A stretch of DNA of 64,000 nucleotides from Chromatiaceae bacterium. Its GTDB lineage: Bacteria; Pseudomonadota; Gammaproteobacteria; Chromatiales; Chromatiaceae. The notes beneath the pieces were generated by a model. It did not search any database, was not told the origin of the DNA, and saw only the letters and a program-made list of their open reading frames with translations. The position numbers and the translations under genes were made by a program. Positions 45,551 through 55,101 of the stretch are shown one piece after another; within the stretch, counting starts at the first letter, position 1; each line of letters opens with the position of its first letter. Where the stretch lies: contig JACKMX010000009.1 of assembly GCA_024235175.1 (NCBI GenBank), positions 32,704-96,703 on the forward strand, in the 5' to 3' direction.

Positions 45551-46366
45551 CTAGATCATCTCGCCCTTGAATACGACGATACCGCAGATCTTGGCATTTT
45601 CATCTATCTCAATGATTCGATCGGGCCAATCGGGGTTGAGTGCCTTGAGGTACTTTCGGCCGCCTTCGATGATCAGTTGCTTGAACATGGCTTCATCGGC
45701 GTCTTCAAGTTTTACGACGACATATTTACCACTCTCAACTACTATTGCCGGGTCAACGAAGATGAGGTCTCCATTGTAGAATTTGGGTTCCATGCTGGCA
45801 CCTTTGACGCGCAGGATGAACGTCCCCTGGCTGCATGGGACGGGGCAGGGCAGGATCTCCTGTGCAACCCGTTGTTCCACAACCTCCGGCACTTCTGATA
45901 TTTCGCAGGCCTGTGCCCATGAGATTAACGGGCAGAGAGTGATGATATCCGCTCCCTTTTCTGCGTTGATCTGAGACGAAATGGGTTTTTTTACTACGGT
46001 ACTGGACGGTTCTTGTTTTTTGAAGGGCAGCATCTGGCCGGACAGATTGATGGCTACTGATTGTTCCCCCGCGTATACGATGCGATTACCTACACGCACT
46101 CGCCGATGAGTGTCTGTTGCTTTGTATACAACTTCATGTGGCTCGTCCATCCAGCCGGTGGGTTTGCCTAATCCCTTTTCCAGTTTTGCGGCCAGTTCAT
46201 TTCCCAGTCCCCGCGGAGTGCCGCTCTGAGTCAGCATCTTTCGCCGAACCTGGCTGAGATAGGACTCGCTGGTACCCGCCAATTCAGCCACCTTGGTTGC
46301 TGAGCCGGCCTCGGCAATAAGAATCTCGAGATTATTTAGACGGACTTGTTCACGTTGTCGTTTCAT
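45551..46366 (-). CDS. CI/LexA-like repressor (XRE HTH plus S24 peptidase domain)
   Basis: The N-terminal HTH is ...AGSATKVAELAGTSESYLSQVRR.... The C-terminal S24 strings are ...LRVKGASMEPKFYNGDLIFVDP... and ...VVVKLEDADEAMFKQL.... Confidence 0.85.
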   Translation of the reverse strand: MKRQREQVRLNNLEILIAEAGSATKVAELAGTSESYLSQVRRKMLTQSGTPRGLGNELAAKLEKGLGKPTGWMDEPHEVVYKATDTHRRVRVGNRIVYAGEQSVAINLSGQMLPFKKQEPSSTVVKKPISSQINAEKGADIITLCPLISWAQACEISEVPEVVEQRVAQEILPCPVPCSQGTFILRVKGASMEPKFYNGDLIFVDPAIVVESGKYVVVKLEDADEAMFKQLIIEGGRKYLKALNPDWPDRIIEIDENAKICGIVVFKGEMI

Positions 46367-46471
46367 AAGCGCTTCTAAGTGACTTGCTTAGCTCAAATTT
46401 AGCAGAATGATAAGAATATTCAAGCGGAATTTGCTTGTTGGGGTTTTTTAGCGCTGCTAGAGTTTAGCACT
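46367..46471. promoter_or_regulatory. Divergent cI/cro-type switch region with repeated TTAGC half-sites
   Basis: This 105-bp AT-rich spacer lies between the divergent repressor and Cro-like genes. TTAGC recurs at about 46388, 46399, 46447 and 46464. Confidence 0.4.
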
Positions 46472-46729
46472 ATGGACCTGAAGCACTTTCTACAATTGGC
46501 ATCGAAACGAGAACGTGCGGCAGTGGCCAGCGCCTGTAATGACTCGGTTCCGTATCTATACCAGATTGCCGGCAAGCACCGCCGGGCAAGCCCACATCTG
46601 GCGACTCAAATCGAGAGAAAGACTCGAATGGTTGCCACTAAAACCAATGGTCGGCTGGAAATGGTGCCTCGTGAAAGCCTCGTTCGCCACCCGGAGATAT
46701 TCACCGGGTTTGAGCCGGAGGACGAGTGA
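46472..46729 (+). CDS. Cro/YdaS-like small HTH regulator
   Basis: It is 85 aa and divergent from the repressor. ...AVASACNDSVPYLYQIAGKHRRASPHLATQIE... resembles YdaS/Cro-type proteins. Confidence 0.65.
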   Translation: MDLKHFLQLASKRERAAVASACNDSVPYLYQIAGKHRRASPHLATQIERKTRMVATKTNGRLEMVPRESLVRHPEIFTGFEPEDE

Positions 46730-48318
46730 TGACTGGCAGTCCTCTGCTTCTTGGTGCCCTTGAATCACCGCCTGAGTTTGAAGGAAATTTAGCGGCCAGC
46801 CGTGGACTCGAGGTCGATATCGCCCGCATCCAGCCTTACGAGCACAACCCAAGACACGCACCCAACCCGGAATATGACCGGATCAGGGATTCGATTCGTA
46901 ACCAGGGGCTAGATCAGCCCCTGGTGATTACTCAGCGGCCAGGAGCAACAGAGTATATCGTTCATGCAGGCGGCAACACCCGGCTGCTGATACTGAAGAA
47001 ACTGTTCGAAGAGACGGGAGATAGCCGTTACGCCCGGGTACCCTGTCTATTCCGTTCCTGGCGCCGGGAGTCGGACGTCCTATTGGCGCATCTGCGGGAG
47101 AATGACCTCCGCGGTAGTCTCGCTTTCATCGACAAGGCACAAGCGGTGTTTGAAACACAACGTTTGCTGGCCGAGGAGCTCGAGCTGGAGGAGGTCACAC
47201 AGCGGCGTCTCGAGACGGAACTGCGCAAAGCGGGCTACCGCATTAGTCAGGGGCGTATCTCCCAGATGGAGTACGCCGTCTTTCGACTGATGCCCTTGAT
47301 CCCCTTGGCTCTGGCACAGGGCATGGGCCGGCCCCAAGTGGAGCGCATCCGAAACCTGGAGCGGGCTGCCGCCAGCGTCTGGCGAGCGCGCTGTTCGGAT
47401 GATGCCGCAGAGTTTGATGATGTGTTTACCGTGTTATGCCACCGCTATGATGGGCCCGACTGGAATACCGACCTCTTGCGCGACGCACTGGAAACCGAGA
47501 TGGCCGAAGCAGCTGAGGTCAGCATCCATACCATCCGTGTGGTCCTCGATGCAGAGTTGGCCGGACGGGGGTTGGTTATCCCGGAGATAGAGCCGGAACC
47601 AGAGTGTAAAACGGCGCCTGAAACCCCACAGGTTAATAACCGCAAACAGAGCGCAACTGATCCAGAAGACGTTGAGGAGATTGACGAATACGAAAACCCC
47701 GGTACCGAATGGGTACCGCCAGACAGGGAACCATCGGATCCGCATGAACCGCTCGATCCTGCTGCGGATCCCGATCTATTGAGCGATCAGCTGGATCCAA
47801 CCTATGCAGAGCACCCCGAACCATTGGGTGACGCACTGCTCACGGATAGAGGCCCCAGCGATCTCAAGTCGTTGCGCGGCCGGGCCTGGACCTTGGCGAC
47901 TCGTCTGGCACAGCGCAACGGTATGGGCGAACTCGTCGAGCCCCTGCCGAGCAAGGGGCTCGGCTTTGTGCTTCGCGATGTGCCCGATCCGGCGCTTGCA
48001 GAACAATTGGATGAAGCGGGTCTCAGTCAGCTTTCCATGCTCTGGTGGCAGCTGGCGGCCTGCGCCGAGCTCACCTATGCACCGCTGGAATCCATACTCC
48101 CGATACTGCCCGCCGATTCCATCCTCCGGCGAGCGCTCGAGGCGCAGGATGGCGATTTGTTATTCAAGAGTATCTGGACGCTGGACCCCGGGCATACCGG
48201 CTACCGTCTCTGGTGGCCACTCAATGACCGGGACTGGCGCGATCTGATTCATCTGATGGATACCTATCGGCGGATCCGAACAACGGCCGCGGACACGGGG
48301 ATTAGGATCTGGGAGTAG
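46729..48318 (+). CDS. ParB-like N-terminal (nuclease/partition) domain protein
   Basis: ...IQPYEHNPRHAPNPEYDRIRDSIRNQGLDQPLVITQRPG...YIVHAGGNTRLLILKKL matches the ParB/Srx-fold boxes. The ATG overlaps the upstream TGA; a GTG at 46726 is also possible. Confidence 0.8.
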   Translation: MTGSPLLLGALESPPEFEGNLAASRGLEVDIARIQPYEHNPRHAPNPEYDRIRDSIRNQGLDQPLVITQRPGATEYIVHAGGNTRLLILKKLFEETGDSRYARVPCLFRSWRRESDVLLAHLRENDLRGSLAFIDKAQAVFETQRLLAEELELEEVTQRRLETELRKAGYRISQGRISQMEYAVFRLMPLIPLALAQGMGRPQVERIRNLERAAASVWRARCSDDAAEFDDVFTVLCHRYDGPDWNTDLLRDALETEMAEAAEVSIHTIRVVLDAELAGRGLVIPEIEPEPECKTAPETPQVNNRKQSATDPEDVEEIDEYENPGTEWVPPDREPSDPHEPLDPAADPDLLSDQLDPTYAEHPEPLGDALLTDRGPSDLKSLRGRAWTLATRLAQRNGMGELVEPLPSKGLGFVLRDVPDPALAEQLDEAGLSQLSMLWWQLAACAELTYAPLESILPILPADSILRRALEAQDGDLLFKSIWTLDPGHTGYRLWWPLNDRDWRDLIHLMDTYRRIRTTAADTGIRIWE

Positions 48319-48323
48319 AGACG

Positions 48324-48929
48324 ATGGAAGGGACCAAGGAGGCCGATCTGGTTGCCGCGGTTTTGATGTACGCCATCCGCTGTCTGGCCGAAGGCGATCA
48401 GGCGGCCCTGCGTAACATGAAATTCGGTCCCTCGGAGATCGAAGCCCTGCGGGAGATGAGTCTTGCAGACCTCTATCGGATCGAGTCACTGCGAGCCCAC
48501 TGCCTGGAGATCGGGCTGAACCGGCAAGTCTACTGGCCGATGATCGATCGTCTGCGCGAGCAGCGGGAATCCGAGGAGACCCTGCGGACATTGATTGCTG
48601 CCGATGCCCCTCATGAGATGGTGCAGGTACTCTATGGGCTGAATGCTCGGGACTATACCCGACTGCGCCGTATCTTGTCGGTAACCCCTTCAGTGGGAAG
48701 ACCTTCGGAGCCGGATGAGAAGAGCTCTCACCGGCTCTGGGATGCCTGGGTACGCCGGGACGATGGAGAGGAGACTGGCTTACTGACCCCGGAGGTCTAT
48801 CTGGAGCTCCAGCGGGAAACACAAGTCCCCCTGCGAGCAATCTGGAGCCTGACCCAGCGTTGGGCACAATATGGCAACCTGACCGGCCAGAATGAGGAAG
48901 AGAACGCGCAAGTCAGTGGCAATGAATGA
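48324..48929 (+). CDS. DUF2857-like island replication-module protein (STY4526-type, from memory)
   Basis: The size, the position after the ParB-like gene, and the string ...AIRCLAEGDQAALRNMKFGPSEIEALR... fit the SPI-7/PAPI-1-type ICE gene order. I could not confirm this by search. Confidence 0.5.
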   Translation: MEGTKEADLVAAVLMYAIRCLAEGDQAALRNMKFGPSEIEALREMSLADLYRIESLRAHCLEIGLNRQVYWPMIDRLREQRESEETLRTLIAADAPHEMVQVLYGLNARDYTRLRRILSVTPSVGRPSEPDEKSSHRLWDAWVRRDDGEETGLLTPEVYLELQRETQVPLRAIWSLTQRWAQYGNLTGQNEEENAQVSGNE

Positions 48930-50178
48930 GCCAGTCCGCTCACAGACACTGGCCCTGGATGCGCTCATCGAGAAGACTGTCGCCCAGGTTGCAGCCTCAG
49001 CTCAGCTTGGACCCGCGGACCAGATGCTTTTTCTCGGCAACCGGCATCATGCTTTTCCCACCGTGGTAATAAAAGATCCGGTCCTGGAACCGGTGGATAA
49101 GCTAGTGTGGATGGTTATCATGTTGGGGGTACAGGAGACTGGAGGCAATACCTCCTTTCCCGGTTACGGCGCCATCGGTAGAATGGCCAACATCGCCTCC
49201 CGCACCACCATTGCCCGGGCCATTGCCATCCTGCGAGCCACCCGTTGGCTGACCCTTTGTCGTCGGGTGCGCACGCTCAGTGGACGATTTTGTGGCAACG
49301 TCTATGCCTTGCACGATGAGCCTCTTCCCCTGGTTGATACTTGTCATCTTGACGCCGACTATTGGGTCTTTCTGCAAAAAGCCGTCGAGCACGCGCATGG
49401 CAGGGTACGGGCCGTTGCCCAGGGTGTCCTATGTTCCATCAACGAGGACGCTGCCAGGGGGCTGAATGTGTTGGATCAGGCACATCCCATCGAACGCCGA
49501 ATCGAATTGGTTGTGGGGTCTCCGGAAGCAGGGAGCCGACGGTTCTTCTCCTTCACCCGCACTGCTGTTCGGCAACTCCGCAAGGAGCTGGTTACGGCTC
49601 AGCAGACAAATTCTGACCATGACCAAAATATGAACATGGACCATGATCAAAATATGAACACGGTGTGTAGTAGTAGTTATATAAATAATAAAAAAACAAC
49701 TACAGAGACAACGGTGTCAAAATTTGACCTGGCAGATGAAGACGGCTGGCCGCTGGTCTACCCAAGACGTCTCAGCGACAGCCACCGTGAGCTCGCCAAC
49801 AGCTACCTGGCATCCCTTGCGCCGGCGCAGCGCCAGCCTGTCCTCGATGAGCTGGAGGGGCGCTTGCAGGCAGAGCAGAAAGGAATGAAGCCGGTCTACG
49901 ACGAGATCAGCTTTCTGATATCGCTCTGTAATCTCACAAAACAGGGGAAGTTTCAGCCCAACCTCGGGATCAAGGTCAGAGCGCATCGCCTGGAGTGCGA
50001 AGCCATCCGGCAACGGGCGCGGGCTGCGGCAGCAATCTCGCCTGAAACCAAGGAGCAGCGGGAAAAACGTCAGGCCGAAGGACAGGCTCGCCTCACTTCC
50101 ATGCGCCGGGCCCTGGGTAAGTCCCACCACCAGGCATTGGCTCCAACTAATGACGACTCCAAGACGCCCTCCGAGTGA
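48922..50178 (+). CDS. STY4528-like island replication protein with winged-HTH (from memory)
   Basis: ...IGRMANIASRTTIARAIAILRATRWLTL... is an HTH. The start ATG overlaps the upstream stop (ATGAATGA); the ORF is open from 48892. Confidence 0.55.
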   Translation: MNEPVRSQTLALDALIEKTVAQVAASAQLGPADQMLFLGNRHHAFPTVVIKDPVLEPVDKLVWMVIMLGVQETGGNTSFPGYGAIGRMANIASRTTIARAIAILRATRWLTLCRRVRTLSGRFCGNVYALHDEPLPLVDTCHLDADYWVFLQKAVEHAHGRVRAVAQGVLCSINEDAARGLNVLDQAHPIERRIELVVGSPEAGSRRFFSFTRTAVRQLRKELVTAQQTNSDHDQNMNMDHDQNMNTVCSSSYINNKKTTTETTVSKFDLADEDGWPLVYPRRLSDSHRELANSYLASLAPAQRQPVLDELEGRLQAEQKGMKPVYDEISFLISLCNLTKQGKFQPNLGIKVRAHRLECEAIRQRARAAAAISPETKEQREKRQAEGQARLTSMRRALGKSHHQALAPTNDDSKTPSE

Positions 50179-50627
50179 TTCCAGTGGAATCAGGTGTCAA
50201 ATATTGAACTCGGTAAAAAACCCAACAGTCTGTGTTCTGGTTTTGGCTTGTTTACAAATCCGGCGCATACGCTCATAGGCCCTACACGAGACGAATCGAG
50301 CCAAGGCCCCATGAACGCGGAAGACCCGATTTATTCTCCGAATATCCCAAGCGACTCTCAAGTATTACCCGCCCCTGAATCGATAGGTCCGCTCGAAACG
50401 CCTTGCCAGTGATTCCAGTGGAATCAGGTGTCAAATATTGAACTCGGTAAAAACCCCAACAGCCGGTGTTCTGGTTTTGCCTTGTTCGTAAATCTGGCAC
50501 ATGCGCTCATAGGCCCTACACGAAACGAATCGAGCTAAGACCCCATGAACGCGGAAGACCCGATTTATTCTCTGAATCCCCAAAACGATTCTCAAGCATT
50601 GCCTGCCCCCGAGGCAGTGGGTCCGCT
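50175..50627. repeat. Tandem ~234-bp duplication carrying a palindrome, promoter region and the 5' end of the downstream gene
   Basis: Copy 1 (50175-50393) and copy 2 (50409-50627) are collinear and mostly identical by eye; the first ~45 nt are identical. Each starts with GATTCCA-g-TGGAATC (50177-50191 and 50411-50425) and contains ATGAACGCGGAAGACCCGATTTATTCT. Confidence 0.85.
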
Positions 50628-51348
50628 ACGTGGCCAGATCTGGTTGACGATTCAGACGCGTCAGGCCCAGCAGCTCGTTCGGGGACGAAGTGGTACCCCC
50701 GATAAGCCGCCGATCATCGGATTGGTGGGATTCGCCGACCGTCTGCGGGTGATCTGGCAGGCGGCACGCAATGACGATCCTTACGCCGACTGGTGGCTGA
50801 TCAAGGTCCATGAAGGCATCGAGGCGACCGGGATGCTGATCCAGCAGCGCCAGCAGGCATTAGCCTCGTTGTTGCAGAAGATGGAATCGATCGAGGTCAC
50901 CACCGCTGCATCCCAGCATCCATTCCGCATGCCGCTTCAGTTTGCCAACCCATATGCATATCAGGGCGCAAAGCATTTGTCGGCCTACGACACCCTGGTG
51001 TGTATGGCATTGACCGCCCACCATATCGGCCTGCTGGACCGCGCAGCCTGCCAGGGGGAACTCAATGTTTGCGCCCGCAAAATCCGATCCCTCTTTGTCA
51101 TTCCGCAGAGTTACCGGTTTCTGGGTGTCGATCGTCCGTTGATCCACCGGGGTACCGCGGAAAGCGAGCGTGCAGGACATCTCATGGGGGAGTTGCCGGC
51201 GGATGTGCTCAGCGGTGAACGCCAGGCGCCATTGGTCCCACGGAAGGTGCGCTTTCCAAATGGGTTTGCCGGCAACAGGTCTTTACATTCCAAACCGTCC
51301 GTCTCGAACCCACACCCACCCGACAGGGAAAACGAGACCAGTCCATGA
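50545..51348 (+). CDS. Hypothetical island protein (possibly PFL_4669-family ICE protein)
   Basis: 267-aa ORF in the ICE-type module. The family call rests only on size and position. Confidence 0.5.
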   Translation: MNAEDPIYSLNPQNDSQALPAPEAVGPLRGQIWLTIQTRQAQQLVRGRSGTPDKPPIIGLVGFADRLRVIWQAARNDDPYADWWLIKVHEGIEATGMLIQQRQQALASLLQKMESIEVTTAASQHPFRMPLQFANPYAYQGAKHLSAYDTLVCMALTAHHIGLLDRAACQGELNVCARKIRSLFVIPQSYRFLGVDRPLIHRGTAESERAGHLMGELPADVLSGERQAPLVPRKVRFPNGFAGNRSLHSKPSVSNPHPPDRENETSP

Positions 51349-51425
51349 GTGTATTTGCACTGGTATGCATCTCCACCGGGACGATAATCCGATACAGATT
51401 CGAGTGCTGACGGGATGTTGAATCC

Positions 51426-51761
51426 ATGGCAAAGACAAAGCCCGGAATGCGCGTTGCCTTGCAACTCGATACCCGTATTGCACTGGAGGCGATCATCCTG
51501 AACCGGCTGCAGCGAATCCCTGCAAACAGGCGTCAGGAGTGGCTGCGCGGACTACTGGTGCAGGGATTTCGTCAGGAGTGCCAGGCACTGCGAGGGACGA
51601 TGGATGAAACACAACAGCCCGCTGCGATGGCTTTTACGCCCCGACTGAAAGGCACGATGACAAGTTCTTCAGACAACCCGATGGCCATACCGAATACGCC
51701 GTCGCCAGCTGCTGGCAGCACCGGCAAACCGTTTGCAGCTTTGGGCAGGGTGATCGGCTAG
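51426..51761 (+). CDS. Hypothetical island protein
   Basis: 111-aa ORF co-oriented with its neighbours. I recognised no motif. Confidence 0.45.
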   Translation: MAKTKPGMRVALQLDTRIALEAIILNRLQRIPANRRQEWLRGLLVQGFRQECQALRGTMDETQQPAAMAFTPRLKGTMTSSSDNPMAIPNTPSPAAGSTGKPFAALGRVIG

Positions 51762-51808
51762 GGCAAGCCCGTGATCGATCACCGGCCAATATAAAGACAG
51801 GAGTTATC

Positions 51809-52825
51809 ATGACAGACGCTTCATCCATTACCCCGGTCGGACTCGATGATGGCTACGCCTACACCAAAGTTGCACTACCGAATGGACGCCTGATCGTTAT
51901 CCCCTCACGTGCCCGGGTGGGACGTTCGGGTGTGACTTGGATCCACCAGGGGCAGCAACGTATTTTTGAGTACGAGACCGAAGGGACGCGCTACTCGGTC
52001 GGTGCCGTGGATGGTGAACCCACCCATTTCGAGGGGTACCCCTTCTCCGGAATGAATCGGGTTATCGTGCAACATGTGCTGCAGCAAGCGGGGCTGGGTG
52101 GGCAATCCCTGCATGCCGTTTCAGGCCTGCCGGTCAGTGCGTTTTATCTTCAGGATGGTAACCAACGGCACAAGACCCTGGAGAAAAAACGAATGAGTCT
52201 CAAGCAATCGGTGCAGCCGATAGACGGACGATTGCCGGCGGGCATCGCCTTTCATGAGGTGATCCCGGAAGCGCTGGCCGCCTGGTACGACGATGTGATC
52301 GTCGAGCAGAAGGGTGGGGCGGCACTCGATGAGGACCGACTCGCCGTTCCCACGGCTATCGTGGACATCGGTGGCCGCACCACCGATTTCGTGGTGGTGA
52401 AGGACCAGGGTGTCATCCACGGTTCATCCGGCTCCCTGCAGTGCGGGATGCTGGATGTGAAACAGCAGGTGGCCAATGGGATCCAGGAACGTTTCGACCT
52501 GGAGACCCTGGGGGAACAGTTGGTGACACGGGCGGTGGAGAAACAGATCGTGCGGCTGCATGGTAAAGACTACGACATCGCACCCCTGGTCAAGTCAGCC
52601 AAACAGCAGGTCGTAGAACGCATTCATGCGGAAACCCGCCGGCAGTTGGGTCTCGGCGTCGAGCTCGATCGCATCCTGTTCGTCGGTGGGGGAACTGTGG
52701 CTCTAGCCGAGGATATCGCCAACTGGTTTCCGAACCAGGTCATCGCCGAGCATCCCGCGTTTGCCAACGCCCGCGGCATGCTGAAATACCTGCGCTATGT
52801 CTGCGAAGCCTCTGATGCGGCTTGA
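51809..52825 (+). CDS. ParM/StbA-family actin-like segregation ATPase
   Basis: The phosphate-1 motif is VGLDDGYAYTKVAL. A later AIVDIGGRTTDFVVV string and a C-terminal FVGGGTVALAE string give the actin-fold signature. Confidence 0.8.
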   Translation: MTDASSITPVGLDDGYAYTKVALPNGRLIVIPSRARVGRSGVTWIHQGQQRIFEYETEGTRYSVGAVDGEPTHFEGYPFSGMNRVIVQHVLQQAGLGGQSLHAVSGLPVSAFYLQDGNQRHKTLEKKRMSLKQSVQPIDGRLPAGIAFHEVIPEALAAWYDDVIVEQKGGAALDEDRLAVPTAIVDIGGRTTDFVVVKDQGVIHGSSGSLQCGMLDVKQQVANGIQERFDLETLGEQLVTRAVEKQIVRLHGKDYDIAPLVKSAKQQVVERIHAETRRQLGLGVELDRILFVGGGTVALAEDIANWFPNQVIAEHPAFANARGMLKYLRYVCEASDAA

Positions 52826-53035
52826 ACGGCAGCAGATGAATATATACGTGGTCACTGCGGACTCAGTGGCAAACAGGCACCTTCGGACCGGGTAACAGGT
52901 GCAGCGATGTAAGTCGCCGGTCCATCTTCAACGAAACGGAAATTAACCTCCGTTTTCACCACTCTGCCGGGTAAGACTTCCCGCCAGGGAGTTGTGCTTA
53001 TTCCGGACCAAACCAACCCCCAAGGAGAAAGCACC

Positions 53036-53440
53036 ATGTCCAACAACGAAAGTCCCAAATATTTCGATCTTCACACCAGCGGTATCGGCTATCTCAACCG
53101 AGTCCGTGAGGTTACGCCTAAGGAGGGTACCCCCTTCCTCAGCGTCACCATCGCTGCGCTTCGCGGCAGTGTCGACAACGCCCAGTACACGCATTTCGAG
53201 TGTCGCGTGTCCGGCATCCAGGCGCAGAAAGTCATACGCCAGGTCCAGCCGGCACTCGAGGGCAAGTTGAAGGTGCTCATCGGGTTCACACTCAGTGACC
53301 TGTATGCGGATACCTTCATCTTTAAGAGCGGTGACAAGACCGGAGAGACCGGTGTCAGCCTCAAGGCCCGACTGTTGCGTGTGTCATGGGCCAAGGTCGA
53401 CGGTCAGCCGTTCTATAAAGAGCAGGAACACGCTGCGTAA
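53036..53440 (+). CDS. DUF3577-like (STY4534-type) island protein
   Basis: AAGGAGA lies upstream of the ATG at 53036. ...YFDLHTSGIGYLNRVREVTPKEGTPFLSVTIAALRG... matches my memory of DUF3577 proteins from ICEs. Confidence 0.6.
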   Translation: MSNNESPKYFDLHTSGIGYLNRVREVTPKEGTPFLSVTIAALRGSVDNAQYTHFECRVSGIQAQKVIRQVQPALEGKLKVLIGFTLSDLYADTFIFKSGDKTGETGVSLKARLLRVSWAKVDGQPFYKEQEHAA

Positions 53441-53539
53441 CTTCACACCCGCCGGATAACCCATTATCCGGCCCACTTCCACCCCTGGGGGATCACTCCC
53501 CCCGGGACTGATCTTCCCTTCATTTTGAGGAGATCAGTC

Positions 53540-54055
53540 ATGACAACCACGGCATCAACCGTAGCGAAGAAAACGAAAGACCGTTTCGATGGTTTTTTAT
53601 TAACTGAACTTAACGACGCGGAGAAGCAATCACTCAAGGCATTGGCGCTGACCCTGTTAGCGGAGCAGCACCAGCCGGGAAAAACGCTGACCAGTCCGGA
53701 GGAGACGCGCAATTATCTGCGTCTGCGACTGGCTGAATACAAGAACGAGGTGTTCGGATGTGTGTACCTCGACAACCGCCATCGGATCATCGACGTCGCC
53801 GAGTTGTTTCACGGCACCATCGATGGTGCTTCGGTTCATCCACGGGTTGTGGTGCAGCAGTCGCTTCAATTGAATGCTGCCGCGATAATTTTTTACCACA
53901 ACCACCCGTCGGGAGTCGCCGAACCCAGCCATGCGGACGAGGCTATAACCCGCAGGTTAAAAGAAGCCCTGGCGCTGGTTGATGTACGGGTGCTTGATCA
54001 TTTCGTGGTTACCGCCGGTGAAAGTGTTTCGTTTGCGGCCCGCGGAATTTTATGA
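53540..54055 (+). CDS. radC: RadC-like JAB-domain protein
   Basis: The JAMM motif is ...[25 protein letters not shown].... GAGGAG lies upstream of the ATG at 53540. Confidence 0.85.
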   Translation: MTTTASTVAKKTKDRFDGFLLTELNDAEKQSLKALALTLLAEQHQPGKTLTSPEETRNYLRLRLAEYKNEVFGCVYLDNRHRIIDVAELFHGTIDGASVHPRVVVQQSLQLNAAAIIFYHNHPSGVAEPSHADEAITRRLKEALALVDVRVLDHFVVTAGESVSFAARGIL

Positions 54056-54149
54056 TGGTTCGATAATTTTTACAGACTCTGCCGGGAAAGCACACACTTT
54101 CCCGACAGGGAAGGAGGTGCGACCTGGCGCTAATCCAACAAGGAGATAG

Positions 54150-54581
54150 ATGATGTCAAGCACTTCCAATGAACAGTCTGCCGAATCCTATTTTGGTGAG
54201 GTAATTTCCACCTATACCCGTGCCCAGGCTATCGAAGATGGCGTTCTGGTCGATGCGGGTCCCATGGCAAAGGAAGTTGGATTCACGTTGCCGGTCGCTC
54301 TGACAGCTGCTGTTTGGGCCGATTGTGTAGTTTGGACCGACGACGACAGTCGAAAAATGCCTTTTCAGGATCAGTCCGGGAGACTTTACGACGTGCTGTT
54401 CATGGCATCCTTTGCCATTCGAACCAGTGCGGATTCCGGTGACCGGCTGCTGTATGAACTCTACCGGGTTCCACGTGATGGATACTCGACAGAGGCCAAG
54501 CCGGTGACACTGAAACTAATCATCGGACCGGGTGACCAAGGCGAACCTGTCCTAACTATTCTGTTGCCTGAGGAGAGTTGA
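54150..54581 (+). CDS. Hypothetical island protein
   Basis: 143-aa ORF containing ...YTRAQAIEDGVLVDAG.... It is the last co-oriented gene of the module. Confidence 0.55.
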   Translation: MMSSTSNEQSAESYFGEVISTYTRAQAIEDGVLVDAGPMAKEVGFTLPVALTAAVWADCVVWTDDDSRKMPFQDQSGRLYDVLFMASFAIRTSADSGDRLLYELYRVPRDGYSTEAKPVTLKLIIGPGDQGEPVLTILLPEES

Positions 54582-55101
54582 ACATAGCCGGAATCCTCCG
54601 GCATCTTGCCCCTGGCCACTTGGGACAAAGTGGCACCTCTTTACTCGCTTGGTTTCATCCAGGTGAACACTCCAGGTCTCCCTTTCTACCAATCTATTGT
54701 GTGTAGCAATTGTGTAAAGGTTGTTCTTGTTCGGAAGTTTTTTCTTTGTAGGAGACGGGAAGTCGAGTCCCAGATGACTTGACAGCTGCAGCCAAGGAAT
54801 AGCGAAGTCAATGACTGCAAACGCCTAACTGCGGCCGGTCAGGTTCGCCAAGAATTGCTTTGGCGACAAGACGGCACTTCGGCAAATGCCGCCGTTGGTT
54901 CTGCGCAACGCCGACGGCCGGTATGGATTGTTAACCGGTCGTTGGACCGGTAATCATGTCGAATGGCTGCTTTGATCTTTTCGTTACGGCCGGATCCGAC
55001 ACTTAGCTGCCGATGAGCTGATAGCCAAATTGCCTATTCCGTCTGGGACAAGATAGACTACTCCTCAGAAAAAACTCATTGGGCCACGGAGTTTAGAGAA
55101 G

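Larger units (their letters stand above)
43793..54619. mobile_element. Integrated island at tRNA-Phe (integrase to candidate attR-like repeat); the right boundary is tentative
   Basis: The integrase gene starts 68 nt after the tRNA. The tRNA 3' string TGTCCCTGGCCAC (43778-43790) recurs as TGCCCCTGGCCAC at 54607-54619, just after the last co-oriented island gene. Confidence 0.45.

Noticed and set aside
50194-50412. 72-aa ORF in the first copy of the tandem duplication.
   Set aside because: It is a by-product of the duplicated 5' end of the downstream gene (same MNAEDPIYS start, truncated after 33 codons). It is not an independent gene.
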